Shown: positions 38,537 to 48,135 of the stretch, piece by piece
How positions within the stretch are numbered: position 1 is the stretch's first letter
Layout of the letters: every line of letters begins with the position of its first letter
NCBI GenBank assembly: GCA_016204255.1
Contig: JACQLA010000003.1
Coordinates: 184,088-248,087 of the forward strand
From: Candidatus Microgenomates bacterium
GTDB taxonomy: Bacteria > Patescibacteriota > Microgenomatia > JACQLA01
Direction of reading: 5' to 3'
Length of the DNA: 64,000 nt
Translations under genes and position numbers: made by a program
The notes under the pieces: model-generated
Seen by the model: only the letters and a program-made list of their open reading frames with translations
Databases searched by the model: none
Told to the model about the DNA's origin: nothing

Positions 38537-39874
38537 TTAAGCCGCCGCACTTTCCCGCTGTCGATCAACACCATAGAATCTAATCCTATCACCGCGAAAA
38601 ATTAAGTCAACTTCGCCGGTAGGCCCGTTGCGGTGCTTAGCGATCAAGAGTTTAACGGGAAATTGATCGATTCGCGCTCCCTCATCTTCCTCCCGATATA
38701 AAAACATTACAACATCCGCATCCTGCTCAATCGCTCCGGATTCGCGCAAGTCCGCAAGTTGCGGCACTTTCGTCCCCCGGCTTTCAACGGCCCGGGAAAG
38801 CTGAGAAATAGCCAAAACCGGCACCCGCAACTCTCTGGCCAGATTTTTCATTGATTGGGAAACCATCGAAACTTCCTGGACCCGACTATCAAAACGCCGG
38901 CCGCAATCAACCAATTGTAAGTAGTCAACGATCAACAGGCGGACTTTGGCCTCAACCTGAAGCTTGCGGGCTTTCGTCCTTATTTCCAAAATACTAATTC
39001 CCGGCGTATCATCAATATAAATTGGTGCATCCGCCAACTCTCCCATTGCCCTTTGCAGCCGGGACCAGTCTTCATCTTTAAGTCGCCCCGTTTTGAGCCT
39101 CCAGGCATCGATTTCGCCTTGAGAAACCAGTAAACGATCCACCAATTCTTCTTTAGACATTTCCAAAGAAAAAACGCCAACGGGAATCTTGCGTTCTACT
39201 GCCACATGTTGAGCGATGTTTATTGCCAAAGATGTTTTTCCCAAACCAGGACGGGCGGCCAAAATTAAAAGGTTTGAATCTTGCAGACCAGCCAGTTTAT
39301 TATCTAGATCTTTAAAACCGGTTGACACTCCACGTATTCCACCAGCCTGTTTATGTAATTCATCCAAGCGATCAAATGACTCAGTTAGAACATCTTTTAT
39401 CGGAATGAAGTTTTGGCGCGAATGGACCGAAGAAATTCCGAAAACTGCCTGCTCGGCCTGATCTAAGAGCTTCTTAGCCTCGACACCTTCATCAAAAGCA
39501 ATTTCGGTCAGCTTGGCCGCGGCAGAGATCAACTCTCGTTTAGTGTAATGATCCTGAATAATCCGGCCATACTGCTCGATATGGGCGGCGGTGGGAACAA
39601 TATTGGCAAGATCCGAAAGATAACCCGCTCCCCCAATTTCTTTATAAAATTTTTTCTTTTTTAATTTCTCCGTCAACGTGACTAAATCAACCGGTTCATG
39701 GGCTTCATAAAGCTCCAAAATCGCATCGAAAATTTGGCCATGTTTCTCGTTATAAAAATGCTCGGGACGCAAAAAATCAACGATTTCAACAATCGCATCT
39801 TTATCGATCAGAAGTGCGCCTAAAACGGATTGCTCAGCCTCTTCATTGTGAGGGGGAACCTTGAGGTTAGACAT
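38537..39874 (-). CDS. dnaB: Replicative DNA helicase DnaB
   Basis: N-terminal PHNEEAEQSVLGALL, Walker A ARPGLGKTS, RecA-like C-terminus. 445 aa. Confidence 0.9.
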   Translation of the reverse strand: MSNLKVPPHNEEAEQSVLGALLIDKDAIVEIVDFLRPEHFYNEKHGQIFDAILELYEAHEPVDLVTLTEKLKKKKFYKEIGGAGYLSDLANIVPTAAHIEQYGRIIQDHYTKRELISAAAKLTEIAFDEGVEAKKLLDQAEQAVFGISSVHSRQNFIPIKDVLTESFDRLDELHKQAGGIRGVSTGFKDLDNKLAGLQDSNLLILAARPGLGKTSLAINIAQHVAVERKIPVGVFSLEMSKEELVDRLLVSQGEIDAWRLKTGRLKDEDWSRLQRAMGELADAPIYIDDTPGISILEIRTKARKLQVEAKVRLLIVDYLQLVDCGRRFDSRVQEVSMVSQSMKNLARELRVPVLAISQLSRAVESRGTKVPQLADLRESGAIEQDADVVMFLYREEDEGARIDQFPVKLLIAKHRNGPTGEVDLIFRGDRIRFYGVDRQRESAAA

Positions 39875-39906
39875 AAATTAAAAAACCGGTCCAGGATTTA
39901 GAATTT

Positions 39907-40572
39907 TTATTCCAGGACAACTACTTCCGGCTCACCAGGCAATTTATCTTTATTAACAACCAGTTTGGGTTGCGGCTTAACATTCTCTTTGCCCATCGCC
40001 TTTAAAAAGTTATTCACTGGTTCAAGAGCAAGCTTCAAATTATCCACTTTGTAATGCATGGGAATAATAATTTTTGGTTCAAGCTGCGCCGCAACTTCGG
40101 CAGCCTCACTTGAGCTAATTGTAAAAAGACCTCCGGTTGGCACCATTAAAATATCAATGTCATTAAGTTCCTCTACCTGATCGCTTGTGAGTTTTGTTCC
40201 CAAATCTCCAAGATGAACCAAAGATAAACCATCCATTTTAATTTGAAAGCAGGTAACTTTTCCCCGCTCCGATCCTTTTGAGGCGTCATGAAAAGCGGAA
40301 ACACCCAAAATTTGAGCGCCCCCCACTTCATACTCACCGGGTTTTTCGATTACCACCCGATAGCCCTCGACTCGCGAAAGGTCGTGATGATCTGGATGGG
40401 CATGAGTACAAAGAACCGCATCTGCCGTAACTTTGGGCATCTTTAACCCGATACTATCGTCAAACGGATCAATCAATAAAGTTATATTTTTACCGCGAAG
40501 TTTAAAACAAGCATGTCCGAGGTGGGAAATTTCCATAGCATAGTTTATATCACAACTCACCTTTTTTGACAA
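39907..40572 (-). CDS. MBL-fold metallo-hydrolase
   Basis: HAHPDHH motif and the overall beta-lactamase-fold pattern. 221 aa. Confidence 0.7.
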   Translation of the reverse strand: MSKKVSCDINYAMEISHLGHACFKLRGKNITLLIDPFDDSIGLKMPKVTADAVLCTHAHPDHHDLSRVEGYRVVIEKPGEYEVGGAQILGVSAFHDASKGSERGKVTCFQIKMDGLSLVHLGDLGTKLTSDQVEELNDIDILMVPTGGLFTISSSEAAEVAAQLEPKIIIPMHYKVDNLKLALEPVNNFLKAMGKENVKPQPKLVVNKDKLPGEPEVVVLE

Positions 40573-40636
40573 TCATAATGGTAATTAGTTAGTCCCGACT
40601 TGACAATTTTTAAAAAATCTTTATGATAAGGAAACG

Positions 40637-41059
40637 ATGAAGAAAGAGTCGATTATTGTCGGCATTTTTGGCTTATCCCTTGGCCTTTTAGTTGCCTGGG
40701 GAATTTGGAATTTTAAAAGCGGGCCGACCGAGACCGAAGAAATTCCTACTCCTGAAGTCGCTACCGATATCTCTCCTACTCTGACCCCTCCCACCTCACT
40801 TTTGACGCTTGACTTACCAATTGATGGACAACTTGCCACTTCAAGTTCAATGCTGGTTTCGGGAAAAACAAAAGCGGGCGCAACTGTAGTTATCTCCAGC
40901 CCCGCAGAAGATAAGGCTTTAGTAGTTCCGACCAACGGCGTCTTTTCGCAAGATTTAAAACTTGAAGAAGGAGAAAACACAGTTACAGTAACCGTTTATC
41001 CTCAGGAAGGCCAAAAAGAAGAAACGATTGAAAGAACAGTTATTTACAGCACCGATTAA
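40637..41059 (+). CDS. Secreted/anchored hypothetical protein with Thr/Pro linker and Ig-like beta domain
   Basis: N-terminal TM/signal anchor, a PTPEVATDISPTLTPPT linker and a beta-rich C-terminal domain. Confidence 0.4.
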   Translation: MKKESIIVGIFGLSLGLLVAWGIWNFKSGPTETEEIPTPEVATDISPTLTPPTSLLTLDLPIDGQLATSSSMLVSGKTKAGATVVISSPAEDKALVVPTNGVFSQDLKLEEGENTVTVTVYPQEGQKEETIERTVIYSTD

Positions 41060-41061
41060 AT

Positions 41062-41787
41062 ATGATTTATTTTAATTTATTACTATTTTCTTTTCTTTTA
41101 ATATTCTCCCCACTGGCCGTCAACGCGCAGGAAAACCAAACTACCGCAACACCCACGCCCACCCCGCAGGCGGCTGTGAAATCAAGCCAAGATCTTATAC
41201 AGGAAAAGGTTCAAGATCTTAAAGAAAGAGTGGCAACTAAAGTCGCCCAAATCAGACAACTCCAATCTCCTAAAGCCATCGTTGGAGAAATCCGGTCAAA
41301 CAAAAGTGGCAATCTAACTCTTGCGACAAAAGCCGGCGACCGAACAGTTTTTGTTTTTGATGAAACAAAAATTTATCAAATTGAAGCCGGCCGAAAAAAA
41401 ACACTGTCCGTTTCTAACTTAAAAGAGGGTCAGCGGGCTTCTATTGTGGGTATTGGAGATGCTCAAGGTGAATTCCTTGCCAAAACTGTTTTTGTAAAAA
41501 CCCCGCCACCAAATATCGTCGGCACAGTGGAAAAGAAAGATGAGCAAAAAAACACTCTAACCGTTAAAAACGGTAAAGAAACCGTAACATATCTTATTGA
41601 GATTGAAAACAAAACGAAAACTGCTAGATGGGCCCAAGGCACGGGGGCGGTAAAATCCGGCTTTTCTGATATAAAAGTCGGTGATATCGTTCATGTCAAT
41701 GGCCCGCTTCTGGATGATGCGGCAAATCATGTTAGTGCCAATCGCATTTTTATTCTTGCCCTAAAGACACCCCAGCCGACTCAATGA
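41062..41787 (+). CDS. Secreted hypothetical protein with signal peptide and two tandem beta-domain repeats
   Basis: Signal peptide ...SPLAVNA/QEN, a TPTPTPQ linker, and an internal duplication (TVFVFDE..IVGIG and TVTYLIE..IVHVNG). Confidence 0.4.
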   Translation: MIYFNLLLFSFLLIFSPLAVNAQENQTTATPTPTPQAAVKSSQDLIQEKVQDLKERVATKVAQIRQLQSPKAIVGEIRSNKSGNLTLATKAGDRTVFVFDETKIYQIEAGRKKTLSVSNLKEGQRASIVGIGDAQGEFLAKTVFVKTPPPNIVGTVEKKDEQKNTLTVKNGKETVTYLIEIENKTKTARWAQGTGAVKSGFSDIKVGDIVHVNGPLLDDAANHVSANRIFILALKTPQPTQ

Positions 41788-42902
41788 CCCGTTTGAAAAA
41801 AATTCAACAAACACTCGGCGCTAAGAAAATCGGCGCCCTTTTAGTTAGCGATTTTTATAATCTTGCCTATCTTTCTCAATTTTTTCCTCTTTCTCCCCAG
41901 GAAAGAGAAGCCTTCCTGCTCATCACTCCTCATCGGGGTTTTTTACTAACTGACGGCCGCTACATTGAACAAGCCCGAATTTTAAAAAATGATTTTAATT
42001 GTCTGGAAATAACCCCCCGACAAAATCTTGTCCAGATTATAGCCAATCTTGTTCGGGAAGAAAAAGTTAAATGCCTGGGTTTTGAGAAAACAAATCTGAC
42101 TTTCGGAGAATATGAAAAACTAAAAGCCGAAGTGGGGATAAAACTTATTCCAACATATAATATTGTCGAGGAATCCCGGGCGATAAAGGATCCCAAGGAA
42201 ATTACTTCAATAAAACGCGCGTGCCAGATTGCCGATTTGGCTTTTGCCCATCTTTTGAAATTTTTAAAACCAGGTCTGACCGAAAAAGAGATAGCAGATG
42301 AAATCGAATGGTTTATCAGAAAGAAAGGTGTGGTGGATTTATCTTTTGACCCGATCGTTGCCTCCGGCCCTAATTCGGCTTATCCTCATCACCGCTCCGG
42401 CGACAGAAAAATTAAAAAACAGGATATCGTTTTACTGGATTTTGGAGCGAAGGCGGAAAATTATTGCTCAGATATGACGCGGGTGGTTTTTTTGGGAAAA
42501 GCAACCGAAGAGCAAAAGAAGGTTTATAACGTTGTTTTAGAAGCACAGAAAAAAGCGATTGAATTTCTTAAGCATTATTGTCATTCTAAACGAAGCGAAG
42601 AATCTGGAAACTATGGAATAAAGCCTTCGGAAGTTGATAAAGCTTCTCGAGACTATATCACCTCCCAAGGTTATCCCGCCATCCCCCATGGACTAGGTCA
42701 CGGGGTGGGACTTTGCGAACATGAATCCCCTCGCCTTTCTTTTAAAAGCAAGGATACATTAAAACCGGGGATGGTTTTTTCTATTGAACCGGGAATTTAT
42801 TTGCAAAACCAATTTGGGGTGCGAATCGAAGATTTAGTGGTTCTGACCGAAACCGGCCCTCAGGTTTCAACCAAATCTTCTAAAGAAATTATTGAGTTGT
42901 AA
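41784..42902 (+). CDS. M24-family Xaa-Pro aminopeptidase
   Basis: The HGLGHGVGLCEHESP metal-binding block with an N-terminal creatinase-like domain. ATGA overlap with the upstream gene. Confidence 0.8.
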   Translation: MTRLKKIQQTLGAKKIGALLVSDFYNLAYLSQFFPLSPQEREAFLLITPHRGFLLTDGRYIEQARILKNDFNCLEITPRQNLVQIIANLVREEKVKCLGFEKTNLTFGEYEKLKAEVGIKLIPTYNIVEESRAIKDPKEITSIKRACQIADLAFAHLLKFLKPGLTEKEIADEIEWFIRKKGVVDLSFDPIVASGPNSAYPHHRSGDRKIKKQDIVLLDFGAKAENYCSDMTRVVFLGKATEEQKKVYNVVLEAQKKAIEFLKHYCHSKRSEESGNYGIKPSEVDKASRDYITSQGYPAIPHGLGHGVGLCEHESPRLSFKSKDTLKPGMVFSIEPGIYLQNQFGVRIEDLVVLTETGPQVSTKSSKEIIEL

Positions 42903-42912
42903 AAATTTTGAT

Positions 42913-43782
42913 TTAGCTATTATTCGAGCTAAAAAATAATTTCAGTAGCTCTTGGTCATTCCTTAAGGCCGCGAGCGCTCGATGTTGCAATGCTTTAATC
43001 GCACCTTCACTCTTGCCTAATATCCTACCTATTTCTCCATTTGATAACTCTTCAACAAATCTAAAATAAATAACTTGCGCTTGAGTTGGTAATAATCTCG
43101 ATACTGCTTTTCTCACCATCACTACTCTTTCATCTAATTCTACTTCAGACTCAGGATTACCGAAATGACTTGCAAAATCCATTAAAACTTCGTCTTTAGG
43201 TTTATCTCCCCCATATTGATGATTTCTATGCCTGCTGCTATCTCGATGAAAATTAGCCATTAAATTGTGAGCAATTCTAAAAAGCCAGCTCGAAACGAGC
43301 CCCTCGCCTTTTGGCACAAAATTTCCACAATTCACAAAGGCATTTAAAAATACAGTCTGTGTTAATTCCTCGGTATCTGGGTGGCTTCCGGTACGATAAT
43401 AAAGGTAGCTATAAATTCTATTCACATGTCGTTCATAAATAGTGCCGAATGCTTCATTTTTGCCCTTTTTGGCTCTCTCGATCAACTCTAAATCTGATAT
43501 TTCCGATTCCCGGTTAGGCGTAGGTGGGAGAAATTTGTATATAACTATTCCATTTGATCGTTCGCCTTTATCGGATCGTTTTAACGACGTCTTCCCCACC
43601 CATGGAATGGTGGGATCGGCACTTTCTGATAAAGGGTAAACGCCCTTATCGCCATTATCTAAAGATGTATCCGGAGCTACTGATTCATCATCTTCCGAGA
43701 TGGGGTCGTCCGGCGGCGGGGATAGTGATTTTTCATGGATTATCCAGTGTCCATTTTCTCGGGTTTCTTTTATCGTTCTCAT
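42913..43782 (-). CDS. ECF-type sigma-70 factor with about 95-aa N-terminal extension
   Basis: Region 2 (LIERAKKGKNEAFGTIYERHVNRIYSYLYYRTG, WLFRIAHNLMANF). Region 4 (LPTQAQVIYFRFVEELSNGEIGRILGKSEGAIKALQHRA). Confidence 0.75.
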   Translation of the reverse strand: MRTIKETRENGHWIIHEKSLSPPPDDPISEDDESVAPDTSLDNGDKGVYPLSESADPTIPWVGKTSLKRSDKGERSNGIVIYKFLPPTPNRESEISDLELIERAKKGKNEAFGTIYERHVNRIYSYLYYRTGSHPDTEELTQTVFLNAFVNCGNFVPKGEGLVSSWLFRIAHNLMANFHRDSSRHRNHQYGGDKPKDEVLMDFASHFGNPESEVELDERVVMVRKAVSRLLPTQAQVIYFRFVEELSNGEIGRILGKSEGAIKALQHRALAALRNDQELLKLFFSSNNS

Positions 43783-43801
43783 TTTTCGAGGTTTAAATTA
43801 G

Positions 43802-44413
43802 TTGCTGTATCTTATCACATGTCGCCAAAAATTGACAAAAAAACAAGAGATTGATATCGTTTGCTTTAAAGTGTCTTTACAAGAACGCGGTCTCCCTATT
43901 GAGTCTTCAGTAGAAGAAAAAAGAAATATTTCCGGGTATATTAATTTTGTTCGGACACTTTGTTCCTTACATTCGGATGAGGAAATAGTAAGACGATCCT
44001 TATTTAGAAAGCATCTAACCTACAGCCAGCGAAAACGCCACTTACCCAATTTACCTCTTCTACCCGACCCAACTTCTGAGGAAATTCTTACTCAATTTTA
44101 CCGTAAACATCCGCATCATGCTGAAAGAAGAAATCGCCTAGATGAAATTGCTAATGACCCATTTTTAATGGTATCCCTGATGAATACGGTTGATCAGATA
44201 CTCGAAACATTAACTCCTCGACAATGTCTAACTCTTCAACAAATATTTGGTTTAGGTCCTGTGAGCCAAGGTCATACTTTAAAAGAAGTTGGTAATCTAT
44301 TGGGGAAAAGCGTTAATCGTATATGGCAGCTTGGAAATAAGGGAGTGTTGAGATTGCACTCCCATAAGCGCCACCAGCCCGTCATTGAACTTTTGGATGG
44401 CAAAAAAAGTTGA
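43802..44413 (+). CDS. Protein with a C-terminal sigma-70 region-4-type HTH only (no region 2)
   Basis: LTPRQCLTLQQIFGLGPVSQGHTLKEVGNLLGKSVNRIWQLGNKGVLRL resembles RpoD region 4.2. The start is uncertain, with an internal Met at about residue 133. Confidence 0.4.
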   Translation: MLYLITCRQKLTKKQEIDIVCFKVSLQERGLPIESSVEEKRNISGYINFVRTLCSLHSDEEIVRRSLFRKHLTYSQRKRHLPNLPLLPDPTSEEILTQFYRKHPHHAERRNRLDEIANDPFLMVSLMNTVDQILETLTPRQCLTLQQIFGLGPVSQGHTLKEVGNLLGKSVNRIWQLGNKGVLRLHSHKRHQPVIELLDGKKS

Positions 44414-44491
44414 CTACTTCCTGATGATCTTTAGCAAGATTTACCAGAAATAAGGCGCGCAGGCTCCAGATTTTAAGAGTCCGGGTTAAAA

Positions 44492-44519
44492 TTTGACAAA
44501 CAGCAATATTTTGCTAAAA
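44492..44519 (+). promoter_or_regulatory. Strong sigma-70-like promoter (TTGACA-16-tgcTAAAAT), near-identical -10 region to the tRNA-Leu promoter
   Basis: The 14-mer tgctaaaatagcct is shared with 35726..35739. Confidence 0.5.
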
Positions 44520-44525
44520 TAGCCT

Positions 44526-44666
44526 GTATGACAAACTTATCCTTTTCAGTTTGGCATCATCAACCGCAGTAGCTGTTGGTTGGTTTTTGTTGCCTAAAAG
44601 GATAACTCAGATTTAAAACTTTAAAATATTTGTACAACTTAACCAGCCAGCAGGGGCTGGTTTTTT
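44526..44666 (+). ncRNA. Candidate small RNA, leader or attenuator transcript of about 140 nt, ending in an intrinsic terminator just before the hisC-like start
   Basis: Bounded by the promoter at 44492..44519 and the terminator hairpin ccagcc-agcagg-ggctgg+T6 (44643..44666). It contains a 9-bp internal hairpin and a 14-codon mini-ORF, MTNLSFSVWHHQPQ*. Confidence 0.35.
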
Positions 44667-44679
44667 CGTGGGAAAAAAT

Positions 44680-45771
44680 ATGAAATTACCAAAATTATAT
44701 GCACTGGGAAAAAAATTACCGATTGACCTAAGTTTAAGTGAAAATCCACTGGGATGTTCGCCTCGGATTTTTGCGGCTTTAAAAAGTGATTTAAAACTTA
44801 TCACTAATTACCCCGATCCACGTTCTCAAAAACTAAAAACCGCCTTGGCTCAAAACTTTGCCCTTTCCAAAGAAAATATAACTTTTGGCAATGGTTCGGA
44901 AACTCTCATTGATCTGGTTTGTAGAGTTCTTCTCAAACCCGGTGATAATGTTCTCATTCCGGAAGTAACTTTCCCCCTTTTTGAAACAGCAACCATTTTG
45001 GCAGGCGCACAACCAAGTTTCACCAAAATGAATAGAAATCTTGATATCGACTTAAAAATGATGATCGCAAATATCAATAAAAAAACAAAATTAATTTTTC
45101 TTTGTAACCCCAATAATCCTACGGGAAAGATTTTAAAAGATAAGGAAATCATTAACTTTGTCAAAAAAGTTTCGCCTTTATCTATGATAGTTGATGAGGC
45201 CAATATTGAATTTGGCGGGAAATCTGTAGTACCTGCCCTGAATCAATTAAATAACTTAATAGTTTTGCGCACTTTCTCCAAAGCCTTTGGGCTTGCCGGC
45301 CTACGAATCGGTGTTTTAATCGCCAGGGAAAAATTAATAAAGGCGGTTGATCAGATCAGACAGCCATTTCCTCTTAATGCCTTTGCCGAAAACGCAGCGA
45401 TTATAGCCTTAAATGACCAGAAATTTATTAAAAAAAGCCGGCGACTTATGATTCAGGAAAAAGAATTCTTAACTCGGGAATTAAAAAAGCGCGGATTTAC
45501 AGTTTATGATTCACAGGCAAATAATATTTTAGTTAAGGTTAATCGCGTTTCCCCTGTTTCAAAATTATTTATTCAGGCATTGAGTAAAAATGGCGTATCT
45601 GTAGTTAATGGTAGCTTATTCCGTGGCCTAGATGATCGATTCTTTCGTCTCTCCCCCCGCCTACCAAAAACTAACAGAAGATTCTTAAAAATCACCGATA
45701 AAATTTTAGAAGGAGGTGAATTTGTGTGTGTGAAAAGAAGCTCTCATGGCAAGAAATTGCTAATAAAATAA
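44680..45771 (+). CDS. Class-II PLP-dependent aminotransferase, histidinol-phosphate aminotransferase (HisC) family
   Basis: LSENPLGCSP, NYPDP, the FSKAFGLAGLRIG pyridoxal-Lys block. Immediately upstream of hisS. The ORF track begins at the GTG at 44668, but the ATG at 44680 is the likelier start. Confidence 0.7.
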   Translation: MKLPKLYALGKKLPIDLSLSENPLGCSPRIFAALKSDLKLITNYPDPRSQKLKTALAQNFALSKENITFGNGSETLIDLVCRVLLKPGDNVLIPEVTFPLFETATILAGAQPSFTKMNRNLDIDLKMMIANINKKTKLIFLCNPNNPTGKILKDKEIINFVKKVSPLSMIVDEANIEFGGKSVVPALNQLNNLIVLRTFSKAFGLAGLRIGVLIAREKLIKAVDQIRQPFPLNAFAENAAIIALNDQKFIKKSRRLMIQEKEFLTRELKKRGFTVYDSQANNILVKVNRVSPVSKLFIQALSKNGVSVVNGSLFRGLDDRFFRLSPRLPKTNRRFLKITDKILEGGEFVCVKRSSHGKKLLIK

Positions 45772-46004
45772 AATGTCCATTTAGTGCTGAAGAATGCAAG
45801 AGGAATGAAGGTATTAATCAAAAAGAGAAAAGGATCGAAAACGATACCGTATTATACGTGGCAGAATGTAAATACTGTGGCCGAAAAGCCGTCGAATGGG
45901 GTTATGACCAGTTTGCAAGTAGTAATGGCTGGACACCACGTTAAAATTTTGCATTTACCTTGTATTTTGATACTAAAATCTTTATGATTAGAGGAGTAAA
46001 AAAT

Positions 46005-47240
46005 ATGATTGAGCCACGAACACTGAAGGGCTTCCGGGATTTTTTACCTAAGGAAGCCAAAAAAAGGCAGTATGTAATAAACATCTTGAGAAAGGTGTTT
46101 GAATCCTATGGCTTTGAGCCGCTTGAGACGCCGGCGCTTGAATATGAGGATATTCTGCTGGGAAAATATGGCGAAGAAGGCGATAAACTGATGTACCGTT
46201 TCACCGACCGCGGTGGCCGAAAAGTAGCTTTGCGCTACGATCAAACCGTACCCTTGGCACGCGTGGTGGCGCAATATGGCAACCAGTTACCCACTCCATT
46301 TAAGCGCTATCAAATCCAACCGGTTTGGCGGGCCGAAAACCCTCAAAAAGGAAGATTCAGAGAATTTTTGCAGTGTGATATTGACATAGTGGACACCAAC
46401 TCCCCTCTTGCCGATGCCGAAGTCATTGCCTGTGTAGCCAAAGGGTTGGAAAGTTTAGGCTTTAAAAATTTTAAGATTCTAATCAATGATAGATTTATAT
46501 TTAACAGCGGAGAATTCCTCACTCTTGGAGAAAGTGAATTAGGTCCTTTCATGAGGTCATTAGATAAAATAAAAAAAATAGGCGCTGACCAAGCCTTAGA
46601 GGAAATGGTTAGTTTTAATATTCCTAGAGAACAAGCAGAAAAAATTATTAATTCTGTGGAAAATCAAAAAATAACCCCAAATCTTCAAAAAATAATGGAC
46701 TTATTAAATAAGTACAACATAACAAATATCGAATTCGACCCCATGCTTGTAAGAGGACTCGATTATTACACAGGTCTGATCTTTGAGGTGGTAATTCCCG
46801 AGTATGGAGAAGATAAATCTATTGGTGGTGGTGGTAGATATGACAGTCTAATTGGTATGTTTGCCGGAAAACAGATCTCGGCCGTTGGATTTGCCTTTGG
46901 CTTTGACAGGATCATTGAGTCCATGGACCAGCTGAACTTATTTCCCAAAGATCTAATTACTACCAAAGTTTTGGTAACGATATTCTCCCAAGATTTGGCA
47001 GAAAAATCTCTGGCTATAACCGAAAAGCTGCGTTCCCAAGGTATAAACACCGACCTTTGGCCAGATCCTGAAAGTAAACTCGAAAAACAGTTAAAATATG
47101 CTGATCAAAAAGGAATCCCTTTTGTGGTTATCGCCGGTCCGGATGAAATTAGCCAGAATAAAATAACAATCAAAGATATGTCACAGAAGACCCAAAAAAC
47201 GGTTTCTGTCGACGACCTGCCCGATGCCTTCAAATTCTAA
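46005..47240 (+). CDS. hisS: Histidyl-tRNA synthetase
   Basis: MIEPRTLKGFRDFLP start with GGAGG RBS. Class II motifs and a C-terminal anticodon-binding domain. The ORF track's earlier ATG at 45960 is probably not used. Confidence 0.9.
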   Translation: MIEPRTLKGFRDFLPKEAKKRQYVINILRKVFESYGFEPLETPALEYEDILLGKYGEEGDKLMYRFTDRGGRKVALRYDQTVPLARVVAQYGNQLPTPFKRYQIQPVWRAENPQKGRFREFLQCDIDIVDTNSPLADAEVIACVAKGLESLGFKNFKILINDRFIFNSGEFLTLGESELGPFMRSLDKIKKIGADQALEEMVSFNIPREQAEKIINSVENQKITPNLQKIMDLLNKYNITNIEFDPMLVRGLDYYTGLIFEVVIPEYGEDKSIGGGGRYDSLIGMFAGKQISAVGFAFGFDRIIESMDQLNLFPKDLITTKVLVTIFSQDLAEKSLAITEKLRSQGINTDLWPDPESKLEKQLKYADQKGIPFVVIAGPDEISQNKITIKDMSQKTQKTVSVDDLPDAFKF

Positions 47241-48135
47241 AAAAAGAGCAATTATTGCCTTAGTGATTGCTGCCCTGATCTGGGGCGCGGCTGTTCCAAT
47301 TTTTAAATGGTCGCTTGGCAATATTCCCCCATTTTCTTTAGCTTTTTTGCGATTTTTTCTGGCTGCCTTTTTAATTTTTCCCCTGGCCAAAAACCATCTT
47401 AAAATCTCTAGTAAAGATATCGATCGTATTGTGCTGATAAGTCTTTTAGGAATCACCTTAAATATTTCTTTTTTCTTCCAGGCACTAAGATATACCACCG
47501 CTTTAAACGCCGCCGTTCTTTTAACCACCGCCCCCATCCTTACCCTTTTTACCGCTCATATTTTTTTGAAAGAGAGGTTGAGACCAATTTTAATCCTGAG
47601 CTTATCTCTGGCAGTTTTAGGAATGATTGTTTTAATTATCAATCCCATTCGCGAAAACGGCATTGACTCCCATCTTCTGGGTAACTTCTTAATGCTTTTA
47701 GCAGTTTTATCCTGGGTGGGCTACGAAATTACCGCTAAAAAACTTTTCGTCTCGTATCCGGCCATTACCATCGTTTTTTATTCATTCTTAATTGGCGCTT
47801 TTTCTTTTTTCCCCGGATTTTACGCGGAGTACATCATGTCTCCCGAGTGGGTTTTAGATTTAGATATTAAGGGTATCGTCGGTATTGCCTATGGCGCATT
47901 TTTTTCCTCAACCATAGCTTATCTTGCCTGGGATTTCGGCCTTTCCAAACTGCCGGCATCAGAAGTTAGCCTCTTCAGCTCGTTACAACCCCTAGCTGCG
48001 GCAGTTATCGCCTTGCCCCTTCTTGGTGAGAAAATCACCTTTCCCTTTCTGATCGGTGCCTTTCTTATCCTGACCGGAGTCTTTTTGTTGGAGAAAAAAC
48101 GCCTCTTGACCCATTCTCGCCTTCAAAACAGTTGA
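47224..48135 (+). CDS. EamA/DMT-superfamily transporter
   Basis: Ten TM helices in two EamA repeats. 303 aa. Confidence 0.75.
   Translation: MPSNSKKRAIIALVIAALIWGAAVPIFKWSLGNIPPFSLAFLRFFLAAFLIFPLAKNHLKISSKDIDRIVLISLLGITLNISFFFQALRYTTALNAAVLLTTAPILTLFTAHIFLKERLRPILILSLSLAVLGMIVLIINPIRENGIDSHLLGNFLMLLAVLSWVGYEITAKKLFVSYPAITIVFYSFLIGAFSFFPGFYAEYIMSPEWVLDLDIKGIVGIAYGAFFSSTIAYLAWDFGLSKLPASEVSLFSSLQPLAAAVIALPLLGEKITFPFLIGAFLILTGVFLLEKKRLLTHSRLQNS

Noticed and set aside
44470-44490. RNase P RNA P4-like word aagagtccgggtt
   Set aside because: No matching 3' P4 strand or other RNase P conserved regions within 400 nt. It also lies upstream of the promoter -35.
45726-45987. Small Cys-containing ORFs (72 and 67 aa) between hisC-like and hisS
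   Set aside because: CxxxxxxC...CxxC spacing hints at a zinc ribbon. But the first overlaps the aminotransferase 3' end and neither has an RBS. Insufficient support.
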